Of a DNA stretch of 62,177 nt, positions 10,685 to 21,252 are shown piece after piece (the first letter of the stretch is position 1; every line of letters starts with the position of its first letter). Made by a program: the position numbers and the translations under genes. Source of the stretch: Armatimonadota bacterium (lineage in GTDB: Bacteria; Armatimonadota; SYMT01); NCBI GenBank assembly GCA_046292385.1, contig JBKBRF010000027.1:1-62177 (forward strand). Direction: 5' to 3'. The notes below the pieces were generated by a model. That model worked only from the letters and a program-made list of their open reading frames with translations, was not told the DNA's origin and searched no databases.

Positions 10685-11464
10685 ATGATGAGAAGTCATC
10701 GGATCAAAGGCTTCACCCTGATTGAGCTGCTGGTGGTCATCGCCATCATCGCAATTCTGGCGGCGATCCTGTTCCCCGTCTTCGCTCAAGCTCGCGAAGC
10801 CGCTCGGAAAGCCTCTTGCTCGAGCAACCTGCGCCAGCTCGGCATGGGCATCGCGATGTATCACCAGGACTACGACGAAAGGTATCCGTTCTGGGCGTGG
10901 GGCAACAACTACGGGGGCGCCGGCAACATGCAGAGCCTGTGGCACGTCGCCATCTTTCCGTACGTGAAGAACCGGGGCATCTACGCCTGCCCCAGCGACG
11001 CGCAGAACTGGGGGCAGTCCACCACCGATCTCTACTGGTGGGGCATCCCCAAGGCTGACCGCCTGCGGGACTCGCCGCAGTTCGAGTCGCTCCTCGGCAG
11101 CGGCAGCGGCGGTCGCGATGAGATCGTCCTCAGCTACGGCATCGGCGAGACGTTCCACAACGCCGGCTGGGGCGAGTCCGCGCTTCCGGCGCCGGCTAGC
11201 ACCGCAGTGCTCTCCGAGGCTCCCTGCCTCCTGGGCGACCTGTGGGGCATCGACAACCGGCCGAACGCCCGCATCGCCATGCGCTTCGCGGCATCCAAGA
11301 CGGCGGCTGCTCCGTGGGGCACGGACCAGGTGTTCCAGTGGAATCCCGCCTGGGACAACAACACCCGGCACGGGGGCGGTCTCAACGTCGTCTACGCCGA
11401 CGGCCACGTCAAGTGGATCAAGGCGGACAAGATGCGTGAGAACATCACGCGGCCGGACTTCTAA
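10685..11464 (+). CDS. DUF1559 protein with prepilin-type N-terminal cleavage/methylation motif and H-X9-DG C-terminal motif
   Basis: [31 protein letters not shown]...[25 protein letters not shown]. Confidence 0.95.
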   Translation: MMRSHRIKGFTLIELLVVIAIIAILAAILFPVFAQAREAARKASCSSNLRQLGMGIAMYHQDYDERYPFWAWGNNYGGAGNMQSLWHVAIFPYVKNRGIYACPSDAQNWGQSTTDLYWWGIPKADRLRDSPQFESLLGSGSGGRDEIVLSYGIGETFHNAGWGESALPAPASTAVLSEAPCLLGDLWGIDNRPNARIAMRFAASKTAAAPWGTDQVFQWNPAWDNNTRHGGGLNVVYADGHVKWIKADKMRENITRPDF

Positions 11465-11494
11465 GGCACGCCACAGCCAGAGGAGTAGATCCAG

Positions 11495-11728
11495 ATGGAT
11501 ACCAAGAAAGTTGGCCTGATCGCGGCGGTGGTGGTGGCCCTGGTGCTGCTGGCGTTCAGCTTCCGCAGCACGTTTATGAACGAGCCGGCGGCGGCAGGTG
11601 CGGACCAGGCGCAGGCGATGAAGGCGGCGATGGAGAAGTCCATTCAAGACGCGAAGAGCCGCGGCGCGCGCACCGGCACCTCCGGTGGGGCGGCGGCACC
11701 GCAGCCCGCGCCACCGCCGGGTCAGTAG
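11495..11728 (+). CDS. Small single-TM hypothetical protein, companion of DUF1559
   Basis: GAGGAG RBS, KK plus hydrophobic helix, Pro-rich tail. Confidence 0.75.
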   Translation: MDTKKVGLIAAVVVALVLLAFSFRSTFMNEPAAAGADQAQAMKAAMEKSIQDAKSRGARTGTSGGAAAPQPAPPPGQ

Positions 11729-11783
11729 AATCGCACCCAGAACAATTCCGGCAACCCTCGCCGGCGAGCAGACCGTAGTGTAG

Positions 11784-13055
11784 TTGATGACGAACTTGCT
11801 TTGCTGGCGATGGGCCGCCGGTCTCATGGCGACAGGCTCCCTGCTCGGCGGATGCATCGGATCGAACGACGCATCCCCGGCGGCGGAGCCTGCCTCGTCT
11901 CTCACCCAGGCAGAGCCGCAACTCAAGACGCGGTACCTGGAAGCGCTGGTGCGAGAGCAGCCTCGGCACTGGCGCGCCTACGTCCGGCTCGCGGCCCTGC
12001 AGGCGGCCGAGCAGCAAGACGAAAAGGCGTTCGACTCGCTGCGAAGAGCTGTCGAGATCTCACCCGGAAACGTTGGCCTCTGGGTCAGCCTGGCGCAGGC
12101 CGCGGACCAGGCGGACTACCTCGACTGGACCCTCTACGCCTGGCGGGAGGCGATCCGGCTCGATCCCGATGACCCCGTCACCCGTCTGGCTCTCGGAAGC
12201 TTCTATCGTCGCCTGGGGTGGCAATCGGACGCGAACCAGCAGCTCGCCGTGGCGCAGAGCCTGGCGCCCAACTCGCTGGCGGTACTGCGAGAGCGTGCCG
12301 CGCTCTTTGCTGTCACCGGCCCGCTGGAGACGGCTCGCTCGCTTGCCCGGGAACTGGTGAAGAAGTTTCCCCAATCCCCATACGGCTACAGCCTGCTCGC
12401 CGATATGGCCGCAGACGCCGGCGATTGGCGCGAAGCCGTGGAGCAGGGACGCGCGGCCGTGCGCCGCGCACCAGCCGATGATCCGGTGTTCCTGGTGCGC
12501 CTGGCACAGTTCCAGGTGACCCGCACCGACGCGCCCGATCCCGACGAGGCGCTGTCACTCTTGAATCGGGCCGTCGAGAAAGCGCCGAACGACGCCGACG
12601 TTCACTACTGGCTGGGGGTGGTCTATCGCCGACAGGGACGGCAGGCCGACGCCGTCCGCGAGATGGAGCAGGCGTACCGGGTTGATCCCGGGTCCGGAGC
12701 CGTAGGGCTGCACCTGGCCGAGCTCTACCGTGCTGCCGGCCGTTCCGACGCGGCGGCGCGGCTGCTGAATGAGTACTCCAATCGGGAGGAGAAAGGCCAG
12801 AAGCACCGCCGGGCCGCGACCCGGATCGTGGTAAAGCCCCTCTCGCCGGAGACGCACCTGGAGATGGCGTCCGTTCACCTGGAGAACGGCCGCTACGGAG
12901 AGGCGGTGGTGGAGTATCTCACCGCGCAGCGTCTGGACCCCGCCAACACGGCGGCAGCCAAGGGTGTAGGGACAGCGCTCGAGCGCCAGTCGCGGTCACG
13001 CGAGAGCCTGGCGCCGTTGAGTCCTCCCTCTGCCCGAGCCACTGCTGCCGAATGA
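11784..13055 (+). CDS. TPR lipoprotein
   Basis: LLGGC lipobox; multiple TPR motifs (e.g. DADVHYWLGVVYRRQG). Confidence 0.85.
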   Translation: MMTNLLCWRWAAGLMATGSLLGGCIGSNDASPAAEPASSLTQAEPQLKTRYLEALVREQPRHWRAYVRLAALQAAEQQDEKAFDSLRRAVEISPGNVGLWVSLAQAADQADYLDWTLYAWREAIRLDPDDPVTRLALGSFYRRLGWQSDANQQLAVAQSLAPNSLAVLRERAALFAVTGPLETARSLARELVKKFPQSPYGYSLLADMAADAGDWREAVEQGRAAVRRAPADDPVFLVRLAQFQVTRTDAPDPDEALSLLNRAVEKAPNDADVHYWLGVVYRRQGRQADAVREMEQAYRVDPGSGAVGLHLAELYRAAGRSDAAARLLNEYSNREEKGQKHRRAATRIVVKPLSPETHLEMASVHLENGRYGEAVVEYLTAQRLDPANTAAAKGVGTALERQSRSRESLAPLSPPSARATAAE

Positions 13056-13076
13056 ATCAACTCGAGCCTACCTCCT

Positions 13077-14807
13077 ATGAACAGGCTGCTTGTAAGTCGT
13101 CTGGCCGTCCCGACGCTGGTGACGGCTGCCTCGCTCTCTCTCGCCGCCGGGTGTGACGGACCGGCGGCCGCACGCAAGGACGGCACCGCGCTCGCCCCCG
13201 CCAGCGCCTCCGCCTCGCGACCCGCGTTCTCGGACGTCACCGCTGCCTCCGGCGTGAAGTTCACCCACAACTCTGCCGCTTCCGGAAGCCACTATTTCGT
13301 AGAGACGATGGGCGCCGGGGTCGCATTTCTGGACTACGACGGCGACGGGAAGCAGGACCTGTTCTTTTTGAACGGCGCCCCGCTTCCGGGCTACCGGAAG
13401 TCCGGGCCGATGCTGCCGGCGCTCTACCGGAACCTGGGCGCGCGCAAGTTCCAGGATGTCACGAAAGAGGCGGGACTCGCGGTCGAGATGTACGGGATGG
13501 GCATTGCCGTGGGGGACTACGACCACGACGGGGACGACGACCTCTACCTGACCGCCGTGCTGGGTCCCAGCCGCCTCTTCCGGAACGACGGCGGCCGCTT
13601 TACCGACGTGGCGAAGGCAGCCGGCGTCGACCGGCCCGGCAGCTTCCCCACCAGCGCCGCCTGGCTCGATTACGACAAGGACGGCGACCTGGACCTCTAT
13701 GTCTGCAACTACGTCCGCTACCGCAGCGTCGCCGACGACCTGCCCTGCTTCTTCAAAGACGGAATCCGCTCCTATTGCATTCCCTCCGCCTATTCGCCGG
13801 AGAAGGACAGCCTGTACCAGAACCAGGGCGACGGCACGTTCAAAGACGTGGCGGCCCAGGCGGGAGTGGAAGGACCGGACGGGAAGTCGCTGGGCGTCGC
13901 AGTCTGGGACCTGAACGGCGATACCTGGCCGGACCTGCTGGTGGCGAACGACACCACTCCGACCCACGCCTACTACAACCGCAAAGACGGCACCTTCGAG
14001 GAGCGCGCGGCGATGGTCGGCGTGGCGTACGGCGTCACCGGCACCGCCAAGGCCGGGATGGGGATCGACATCGCAGACGATCGGAACTCCGGCCTTCCCA
14101 CGGTGGTGATGAGCAACTTCTCCGGGGAGATGGTCGGTCTTTACCGCGCGGACCAGGACGGCTTCTTCAAAGAGGAGAGCGTCGTCAGTGGGGTGGGGAA
14201 GGCGAGCGAGAAGCTGCTGGGGTTCGGCATCTTCTACTTCGACTTCAACAACGACGGCTGGCAGGATCTCTTCGTGGCGAACGGTCACGTCCAGGACAAG
14301 ATCGAGCAATTCTCCGAAGGGATCACCTACAAACAGCCGCCGCTGCTCCTGGCCAACATGGGAGGCGGGCAATTCCGCGACGTCACGCCGGACGCGGGAG
14401 AGGCGATGAAGACCCGCCTGGTGGCGCGCGGCGCGGCCTTCGGCGACATCGATGACGATGGTCGGCTCGACATCGCCATCAACAACAACCAGGGCCCGGC
14501 GTTCCTGTGGTCCAATGAGACCGAGGGGCAGGGGAACTGGCTCAAGCTTCGGCTCATCGGTACCAAGTCGAACCGCAACGGCTACGGGGCGCGGGTGACG
14601 TTGAAGTCGAGCGCCGGCACCCAGACGCGGGAAGCTCGCGGCGGCTCCAGCTACTGCAGCCAGTCGGACCAGCGGATCCACTTCGGCCTGGGCGGGGACG
14701 AGAAGGCGGGCGAGCTGGTGATCCGCTGGACGAGTGGCACCGTCGACACGCTCCGCGACGTACCGGCGGGACAGGTACTGACCGTAACGGAGGGATCCCA
14801 CCCGTGA
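13077..14807 (+). CDS. CRTAC1-family lipoprotein (FG-GAP + ASPIC/UnbV)
   Basis: LAAGC lipobox, ETMGAGVAFLDYDGDG, GGSSYCSQSD..IHFGLG. Confidence 0.9.
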   Translation: MNRLLVSRLAVPTLVTAASLSLAAGCDGPAAARKDGTALAPASASASRPAFSDVTAASGVKFTHNSAASGSHYFVETMGAGVAFLDYDGDGKQDLFFLNGAPLPGYRKSGPMLPALYRNLGARKFQDVTKEAGLAVEMYGMGIAVGDYDHDGDDDLYLTAVLGPSRLFRNDGGRFTDVAKAAGVDRPGSFPTSAAWLDYDKDGDLDLYVCNYVRYRSVADDLPCFFKDGIRSYCIPSAYSPEKDSLYQNQGDGTFKDVAAQAGVEGPDGKSLGVAVWDLNGDTWPDLLVANDTTPTHAYYNRKDGTFEERAAMVGVAYGVTGTAKAGMGIDIADDRNSGLPTVVMSNFSGEMVGLYRADQDGFFKEESVVSGVGKASEKLLGFGIFYFDFNNDGWQDLFVANGHVQDKIEQFSEGITYKQPPLLLANMGGGQFRDVTPDAGEAMKTRLVARGAAFGDIDDDGRLDIAINNNQGPAFLWSNETEGQGNWLKLRLIGTKSNRNGYGARVTLKSSAGTQTREARGGSSYCSQSDQRIHFGLGGDEKAGELVIRWTSGTVDTLRDVPAGQVLTVTEGSHP

Positions 14808-16183
14808 GCAGTGCGCCGGATGTGTCGGGGCAGGTAAAGCCCAGGGGGAAGCGGTCTGCGCTGCCGTTCCTCGTCGTTGGGTTGTTGCTGGCGATCGCTG
14901 CGTACTTCGCTACGGCACCCATGCGGCAGAAGGCGCTCGCGCGCACGGAGCAGCTCCGGCGAGAGGTCGACGACGCGGAACGGCGGCGGGATGAGGAGTT
15001 GAGCGCCCGCGGCAGGCGTGGAGACCGGGTGAAGCTCCTGACGCAGCTTGCAGCGACACCGGAGGACGTGACACTGCTGCTCAAGACCGGGCAGCTCTTC
15101 GCGGAGGATCGGGACCACGAGGACGCGCTCTTCCTGCTCCACGAGGCGCGGCGCATCGATCCGAGCAACATCGAGGTCTACCGCGCGCTCCACCAGGTTT
15201 ACATGTCACAGTCGCAGTACGACCGCGCCTACGACTACGCCGTGGCCGGCCTGGAACGCTCTCCGCGCGACCTGGAGCTGATCCTCAGCGTGGTGCACCT
15301 CGACAGCCTGGTGGGGTGGAACAGCCACGCACAGAAAATGCTTAAACTCCTGGATGGAACTCCCGAGGCGAGCCATCCGCGGGTGCGGATCGCCCGGGCG
15401 CTGATCCGCCGCCAGGTAGCGGACGCCAAGCATGCCGAGCAGGAATTGAAAGGTGCCGTCGAAGTAGAGCCGAAGAACGACACCGCACTGGCGCTCCTCT
15501 CTGGGATCCAGGCAGAAGCCGGCGATCTAGCAGAGGCCGAGGTAACCGTCCGGCGCGCCCTGGCGGTACAGCCGGAGAAGCCGGAGTATCTGCTCCACCT
15601 CGCGGATGTCCTGCTGCGGAAGAGCACCCCGGAGTCGGTCGTAGAAGCCCAGAAGACTGCCGAGTCGGCGCTGCGGGCCGACCCCGGCAATCGCAACGCC
15701 TTCTTCATGATTGCGCAGTCGCTGCTGGCACAAAAGAAGACCGACGAGGCTCGCGGCATTCTGGAGCGACTGCTGCAGCGCTATCCGGATCACCCGCTCG
15801 CGTCGCTGGAGCTCTCCCGGCTCTATGCCCGCGAGGGCAAGGAAGCGGAAGCCCGGCGATTGAACCAGCGGTATGCTTCTGGCCTGCAGCTCCAGGACCG
15901 CCTGAAGCAGCTCACGTTGAAAGTAGCCATGGTTCCGAACGATTTCGACGCCCACCTGAAGCTGGGGAGACTCTACCTGGAAGTTGACGAGGCGCAGAAA
16001 GCGTGCCCGGTCCTCCGCCGGGCGCTGCAGCTCCGGCCCGCCAGCGCGGAAGCGAGGCGGGAGCTGGGACGGGCGCTCACGGTGGTGAACCGGGTGGGCG
16101 AGCACGCGGAGCTGGCGGCGCAGCCGGAGTGGCACGCGGTGGAGTTCATGGCGCCGGTGGGAACCGTCTCGGCGGGCAGCTAG
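14804..16183 (+). CDS. Membrane-anchored TPR protein
   Basis: GTGA overlap with the upstream gene; TM helix then TPRs. Confidence 0.85.
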   Translation: MSSAPDVSGQVKPRGKRSALPFLVVGLLLAIAAYFATAPMRQKALARTEQLRREVDDAERRRDEELSARGRRGDRVKLLTQLAATPEDVTLLLKTGQLFAEDRDHEDALFLLHEARRIDPSNIEVYRALHQVYMSQSQYDRAYDYAVAGLERSPRDLELILSVVHLDSLVGWNSHAQKMLKLLDGTPEASHPRVRIARALIRRQVADAKHAEQELKGAVEVEPKNDTALALLSGIQAEAGDLAEAEVTVRRALAVQPEKPEYLLHLADVLLRKSTPESVVEAQKTAESALRADPGNRNAFFMIAQSLLAQKKTDEARGILERLLQRYPDHPLASLELSRLYAREGKEAEARRLNQRYASGLQLQDRLKQLTLKVAMVPNDFDAHLKLGRLYLEVDEAQKACPVLRRALQLRPASAEARRELGRALTVVNRVGEHAELAAQPEWHAVEFMAPVGTVSAGS

Positions 16184-16369
16184 CGCGCCAAACGGTCGGA
16201 ATCGGCGCCGCAGCGCCACCGGTCGAGGCGGCCGCCCGAGGGGGTCAAGAGCTACAGACGGGTGCGCAGAGGGTGGGGCGAGAAGCTCTGCCGGATTCGC
16301 CGCCCCGGACCAGGCGCATCCGCGTCTCGCCGGGCAGCTCCGGCACCGGAGGCGAGTTCGTCGCTCGCG

Positions 16370-17038
16370 CTAGAGATGCCGCGCGTCGGCCTCCGGAAGC
16401 TTCAGGCTCTCGCGGAGCTCCTCTACCCACTCCGTCTGCTTCCGGGTAGGGCGGCCGAAGTAACAGACGCGGCCACTGGGATCGATTCCCCAGATCATCG
16501 GCTTCGCCGAATGTTGATCTCCGGGAGCGCGGAGCCGGCGGGAGTACTCGCCGTCGGCGTCCTGCACCAGGCGACAGGCCCCACCGAAGCTTCCCAGCAT
16601 CCGGCTCCAGACGAACTCGGAAGTGTTGGCGACGAAGATGTTCGTCTCCATCTCATCGCCGACTTTCTTCTGCAACTCCCACACGCGACTGCCGCCCATG
16701 GCACAGTCGCGGCAGCCGCAAAGCACCGCCCAGACGGAGGGCTTTCCGGCCACGGGCAGGGTGCGCCGGTCGCCGCGGTTGTCTTCCACTCGGAGGCGCG
16801 GCGCCTTGCTGCCGACCGCCAGCACCGGTAGGGACAGGTACTCTTTCCAGTCAGCATCTGAGAGACGGACCGCCGTACTCGTCGGATCGAGAGCTCCGGG
16901 CGGCGCTTCCGGAGGAGCCGGCTCAATCTCTCCGGCTACTACGCCGGTAGCCGACCGATACACCTCGATTCCAACCACGGCGATGAGGACGCAAAGGCAC
17001 GCCGCGCCCACGCTGCTCCACCTGGATTTCATATGCAT
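16370..17038 (-). CDS. Membrane-anchored thioredoxin/redoxin-fold protein (CGCxxC)
   Basis: LAVGSKAP-type redoxin start, CGCRDC motif, D.DGE and GIDPSGRV redoxin-like elements. Confidence 0.6.
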   Translation of the reverse strand: MHMKSRWSSVGAACLCVLIAVVGIEVYRSATGVVAGEIEPAPPEAPPGALDPTSTAVRLSDADWKEYLSLPVLAVGSKAPRLRVEDNRGDRRTLPVAGKPSVWAVLCGCRDCAMGGSRVWELQKKVGDEMETNIFVANTSEFVWSRMLGSFGGACRLVQDADGEYSRRLRAPGDQHSAKPMIWGIDPSGRVCYFGRPTRKQTEWVEELRESLKLPEADARHL

Positions 17039-17418
17039 GGGTTACGCGCCGGAACCGCACTCCACCTCCCTTAGTCGGGTGAGACCGGCGATTCCCGCGG
17101 GGAGCTGCAATCCGGGGGATTAGAGTGGGGGCGAAGTGGATAGAATCAGTCGCGTTCACGGCTGCCAGTGCGGCAGCCGGCTGTGCTTGGCCGCTGTCTC
17201 GCCCCCCGGGACAGCGGCGTCTTTTTCTTGGTATCCGCCCCTCTATACCCACCCTCGCCGAAGCCAAACGGCATCGCGGCAAGCCGGGGTGCACGCACCC
17301 CAAATCTTCCGGGAACCTCCGCCCTGCTCGCCGGGTCCTTCGGCTGTCTGCGGAGGCAGAGGCGCCCGCGGAGCCTGGAGAATGCCAGGTTACCGGCGGA
17401 GCGATGGGGGAGCGCGCA

Positions 17419-18336
17419 ATGAATACGGGGATCTGGAAGCGAAGCGTGGCGCCCGCCCTGGCGACGGTACTCGCCGCCGCCGTGTCGGCGGAAGCGGCTC
17501 CGAGCTACGGCCGACGCGTGGTGCCGAGCAACACCGTGGTGCGAGTCCGGCTGGAAGACAGCCTGAACAGCCGCAGCGCGCGCGTCAGCCAGACGTTCGA
17601 GGCGACGCTGGATCGCGACGACCGCAGCGGCCTTCCGGAAGGCACCCGCTTTATCGGCACCGTTACCGAGGCCCGGCGCGGCGAGAAGAACCGGCCCGGC
17701 GTGCTCGGCGTGAAGTTCCGCACGATGGAGCTGCCGGACGGACGGCGCGTCCCGATCAACGGTACTCTCGGCAGCCTCCGCGACGAGGACGTGCGGCGCT
17801 CCTCGGACGGCCGCATCTCCGCCCGGGAAGGCGGGGGCGACAAGGGCAAGTTCGACCTCAAGTGGGTCGGCTACGGGGCAGCGGGCGGCGCGGTGCTCTC
17901 CACCATCCTGGGAGGCGACCTGCTGGACGGCGCGCTGATCGGCGCGGTCGGCGGCGCGGCCTACAGCTACCTGAAGAAGGACAAGGCGAAGGACGGCGAC
18001 GTGGAGCTGAAGCGCGGGACCGAGTTCGGCGTGCTCCTGCGGCAGTCGGTGGCGTTCAACGACAGCGCCAGCTACCGTTACGCCTCCAACCGCCGGAACC
18101 GCGACGATGTGCGGAACAACCGCGACCGCCGCGAGGGTCGGGCCCGCTACGACGACCGGTACGACTCCCGGTACGACGACCGGTACGACAGCCGCTACGA
18201 CGATCGGCGCTACGACGACCGCCGCTACGATGAACGGTATGATAACCGGCGCTACGACGAGCGCTACGACGAGCGCTACGACCGCCGCTACGAAGACGAG
18301 CGGCGCTACGAGGACGAGCGCCGCACGGCCCGGTAA
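17419..18336 (+). CDS. Secreted protein with a TrbI-like beta region, glycine zipper and C-terminal (R/Y/D) tandem repeats
   Basis: Signal peptide ending AEA; VRVRLEDSLNS...LPEGT..GTV pattern; GAAGGA...GALIGAVGGA zipper; YDDR repeats. Confidence 0.75.
   Translation: MNTGIWKRSVAPALATVLAAAVSAEAAPSYGRRVVPSNTVVRVRLEDSLNSRSARVSQTFEATLDRDDRSGLPEGTRFIGTVTEARRGEKNRPGVLGVKFRTMELPDGRRVPINGTLGSLRDEDVRRSSDGRISAREGGGDKGKFDLKWVGYGAAGGAVLSTILGGDLLDGALIGAVGGAAYSYLKKDKAKDGDVELKRGTEFGVLLRQSVAFNDSASYRYASNRRNRDDVRNNRDRREGRARYDDRYDSRYDDRYDSRYDDRRYDDRRYDERYDNRRYDERYDERYDRRYEDERRYEDERRTAR
18145..18320 (+). repeat. Coding tandem repeat (12/15-bp units) encoding RYDD/RYDE/RYED
   Basis: cgctacgacgac-like units repeated more than 10 times. 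Confidence 0.85.
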
Positions 18337-18357
18337 TCCCGGGGAGATCCTGAGACA

Positions 18358-18396
18358 GAGAGAGGCCGCCGATCCCGCTGATCGGCGGCCTCTCTC
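18358..18396. terminator. Bidirectional hairpin between convergent genes
   Basis: gagagaggccgccgatc / gatcggcggcctctctc, 17-bp perfect stem. Confidence 0.8.
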
Positions 18397-18413
18397 GTGT
18401 ACGGGGGGCGGAC

Positions 18414-19751
18414 CTACTTGCCCACGCAGAAGAGGCGGGTGTTGGTGCGAATGAAGAGATCGCCGTGCGCCACCGCGACGGAGGAGCGGATCTCGGTTTC
18501 GTCCTCCGCCATCGCGTTGGTGGCTAGCAGCTTGCCGCTCTCAGCGTCGAGCACGTGCACCTCGCCCCGCAGGCTGATCACGTAGATCTTGCCGTCCGCG
18601 CCGGTGGGAGAGCCCCAGCACATCGTGGGACCGTCCAGCGGAGTGGTCCAGAGCACGTTGCCGGTTCCCGGCTCCACGCAGGAGAGGTTCTTGCGCACGT
18701 CGCTCAGCACGTAGAACCGGTCCCGGTAGAAGAGCGGTGTCGGCACGTCGGTCGTCACCGGCCCGCGCTCTTCACTCTTCCAGGCCAGCGCTTCGTCCGC
18801 CATCGTGCCGCTGCCGCCCGCCTTCACGGCGAAGACCGGCAGCCGCTTCGGCCCGCAGATCAGCACCACGCCCGCCCCGGCGGCAGCGGAAGGTACCAGT
18901 CGCAGCGTGGGGTGGTTGTTGCCCGGGTCGAAGGTGCCCCAGCGCCACAGCTCCTTCCCGGTGGCCGGGTCGTGCCCGCTCAGGATGCTCCCGCCCGCCA
19001 GGATCAGCTCTTTGCGCCCGTTGTGCACGAACGGGATCGGCGTGGTAAACGCTTCCCGGGACTCCATCTTTGCGGGCGAGGGCCGGGAGACGCGCCAGAG
19101 CTCCTTGCCGGTCGCCGGATCGAGGGCGAGCAGGAACGAGTCGGCGCCGTCGCGACCGCGGCCGTCGACCGGGATATCCCGCTGCAGCACCTGGACGTAG
19201 AGCCGGCCTTCGAAGAGCTGCGGCGTGCTGGAGAAGGTCCAGCCGAAGTTGAAGTCGCCGTACTCCTTCTGGACGTTCCGCGCCCAGAGCCGCTCTCCGG
19301 CAAAGTCGTACGCCGCCAGGTCCCCGTTGCCGAAGAAGAAGATCACCTGCTTCCCATCCGTCACGGGAGACGGCGAGGCGTAGTTGCTGCGGGCGTCGAG
19401 AAAGACGGGGGTGCCGCGCCCCGCCGGCTTGTAGCCGCTGCCGGCGTCCTTCTGCCACTTCACCTGGCCGGTTTTGCGGTCGAGGCAGATCGCCAGCAGC
19501 TTCTCGTTCTTCAGGTCGGCCGCCGTGACGAAGACCGAGTCGCCCCAGATCACCGGGGTGGCCGCGGATGGTCCCGGCAGCTCGGTCGACCAGCGCACGC
19601 CTTCGGTCGGGGAGAAGCGGACGGGGAGATTCTTCTCGTCGGACGAGCCGTTGAAGTGCGGGCCGCGCCAGTTCGGCCAGTTCTGTGCGCCGGCTGCGGA
19701 AGCCAGCAGGAGCGAGAGCCCGAGCGCGAGGAGCGTGGGTCGCGGAGACAT
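18414..19751 (-). CDS. PQQ-like beta-propeller repeat protein (BamB-like family)
   Basis: Signal peptide, NWPNWRGP, repeated (L/A)DxxTGxxxW blades, C-terminal SSVAVAHGDLFIRT. Confidence 0.9.
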   Translation of the reverse strand: MSPRPTLLALGLSLLLASAAGAQNWPNWRGPHFNGSSDEKNLPVRFSPTEGVRWSTELPGPSAATPVIWGDSVFVTAADLKNEKLLAICLDRKTGQVKWQKDAGSGYKPAGRGTPVFLDARSNYASPSPVTDGKQVIFFFGNGDLAAYDFAGERLWARNVQKEYGDFNFGWTFSSTPQLFEGRLYVQVLQRDIPVDGRGRDGADSFLLALDPATGKELWRVSRPSPAKMESREAFTTPIPFVHNGRKELILAGGSILSGHDPATGKELWRWGTFDPGNNHPTLRLVPSAAAGAGVVLICGPKRLPVFAVKAGGSGTMADEALAWKSEERGPVTTDVPTPLFYRDRFYVLSDVRKNLSCVEPGTGNVLWTTPLDGPTMCWGSPTGADGKIYVISLRGEVHVLDAESGKLLATNAMAEDETEIRSSVAVAHGDLFIRTNTRLFCVGK

Positions 19752-19883
19752 GGTTCGAGACCTCCGTGGACGCGTAAAAGAAGAACGGGCCCCTCGTGAG
19801 GGGCTACTGTCGTCCGGTTCAACACCGCTCCATGGCGCTCCTCGGTTCTGGAAGCGGCAATGTACTGCGATCGAGCAGTGAGA

Positions 19884-21170
19884 CTACGGAGAGCCGTCCG
19901 GCGGCTCCAGCACCGTGACCGAGACGAGCGGGGTGACGTTGAAGCCTTCCGCCAGGATCCGCTGCTGGATCCGCCGCGTTAACTCGTCCCGAAGCTGATC
20001 CTCACTCACCTCGACTTTCGAGCTGCGCTGCACGTAGACGACGCACAACAGGGTACTCTGCCCGTCGCTGTCTGCCCGGGTGAAGCGCGAATTCACCTCT
20101 ACCAGGCGCGCGAGCCCGCTCCCCTGCACCGTCTGCTGGATCACGGCGGCGGCTCGCTGGCTCCGGCTGCTCCGCTGGAGGTTGGGCACGGACCAGAACT
20201 GCCACGTCAACATCGCGGCCAGTCCGAGGATCGTCAGCGCCAGTGCCCCCCAGAAGAGCCACTCCTTTCCGCGGGAATACCGCGCCCCTTCCGCGGAGAG
20301 CCCGTAGAGCCGGAAAACCAACCCGCCCGCCAGGTTGATCCCCAGTAACTGGAGCCCCAGCAGGAAGAACCCGGAGCGGACCATCTCCCATTCACCGATG
20401 GCGGCGGCCATGCCGATCATTCCTGCCGGCGGCGCGAGGGAAGCGGCCACCAGCACCCCCACCGCTGCCCCGGAGACCAGGCTGTTCCGCTCCGACTGCA
20501 CCAGGTTGAGCGCGCCCGCGGCGCCCGCGGCGAGGGGGAGCACGATCGCCACCGCGGAGACTGTGCTGGTGGCGATCATCTGCTCGGTCGCGATGCGCTG
20601 CTGCAGCACGAGGCTCAGCAGGTAGCAGACCGCGGTCGTTACCGCCAGCGCGGCGATATACCTCACGGCGCCGCGGCGGAGCAGGGTCGCGTCTCCGCGG
20701 GCGGTGCCCATCGCTACCGTCATGGCGGGCCCGGCAAACGGGGCGATCAACATGGCGGCGACGAGAAGAAACACCGTGTTGGTGAATAGGCCGGTCCAGA
20801 CCACGAACCCGGCGACCGTCGCGTAGGCGAGAAAGCCGCGCCACGAGCCGATGCTCTGCAGTCCGGAGTAGAACACCTCGATTGGACTGCGGGTTTCGAT
20901 CTCCAGCGCCTCATCCGGCGCTTCCTCCGGGGGCGGCTTCAGCGTAATGATGCCCTGGGGAGCGTACGCGACGCGGAGATCCGGCACCTCCTCCAACTCC
21001 GAGACCAGCGTCTCGATCTCGCCGTTGGGGACGTGGATCACCGCCACATCGAGGTCGCCCCGGCGACCGGTCGCCTCAAAGCGGGCCAGGTTAACGGCGT
21101 CATGCCGCTCCGCCAGCTCCAACACTCGCGCGCCGTACCCCCTTGGCACCTCTACGAGCAGCTGCCGCAT
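19884..21170 (-). CDS. DUF389 family membrane protein
   Basis: LVAAMLIAP and GVLVAASLAPPA motifs, about 7 TMs; ATG at 21170 with an AGGAG RBS. Confidence 0.85.
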   Translation of the reverse strand: MRQLLVEVPRGYGARVLELAERHDAVNLARFEATGRRGDLDVAVIHVPNGEIETLVSELEEVPDLRVAYAPQGIITLKPPPEEAPDEALEIETRSPIEVFYSGLQSIGSWRGFLAYATVAGFVVWTGLFTNTVFLLVAAMLIAPFAGPAMTVAMGTARGDATLLRRGAVRYIAALAVTTAVCYLLSLVLQQRIATEQMIATSTVSAVAIVLPLAAGAAGALNLVQSERNSLVSGAAVGVLVAASLAPPAGMIGMAAAIGEWEMVRSGFFLLGLQLLGINLAGGLVFRLYGLSAEGARYSRGKEWLFWGALALTILGLAAMLTWQFWSVPNLQRSSRSQRAAAVIQQTVQGSGLARLVEVNSRFTRADSDGQSTLLCVVYVQRSSKVEVSEDQLRDELTRRIQQRILAEGFNVTPLVSVTVLEPPDGSP

Positions 21171-21252
21171 CCGCACTCCTCCCCGGCGCGCCCGGACTAG
21201 AGGCGACACCGCCCAGGATATACCCGGCTGGGTTGGCACTCGCTCCAGCAAA

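Noticed and set aside
18145..18320. CRISPR-like periodicity here and in the heptamer arrays
   Set aside because: Units are 7-15 bp, tandem or coding, with no unique spacers and no cas genes
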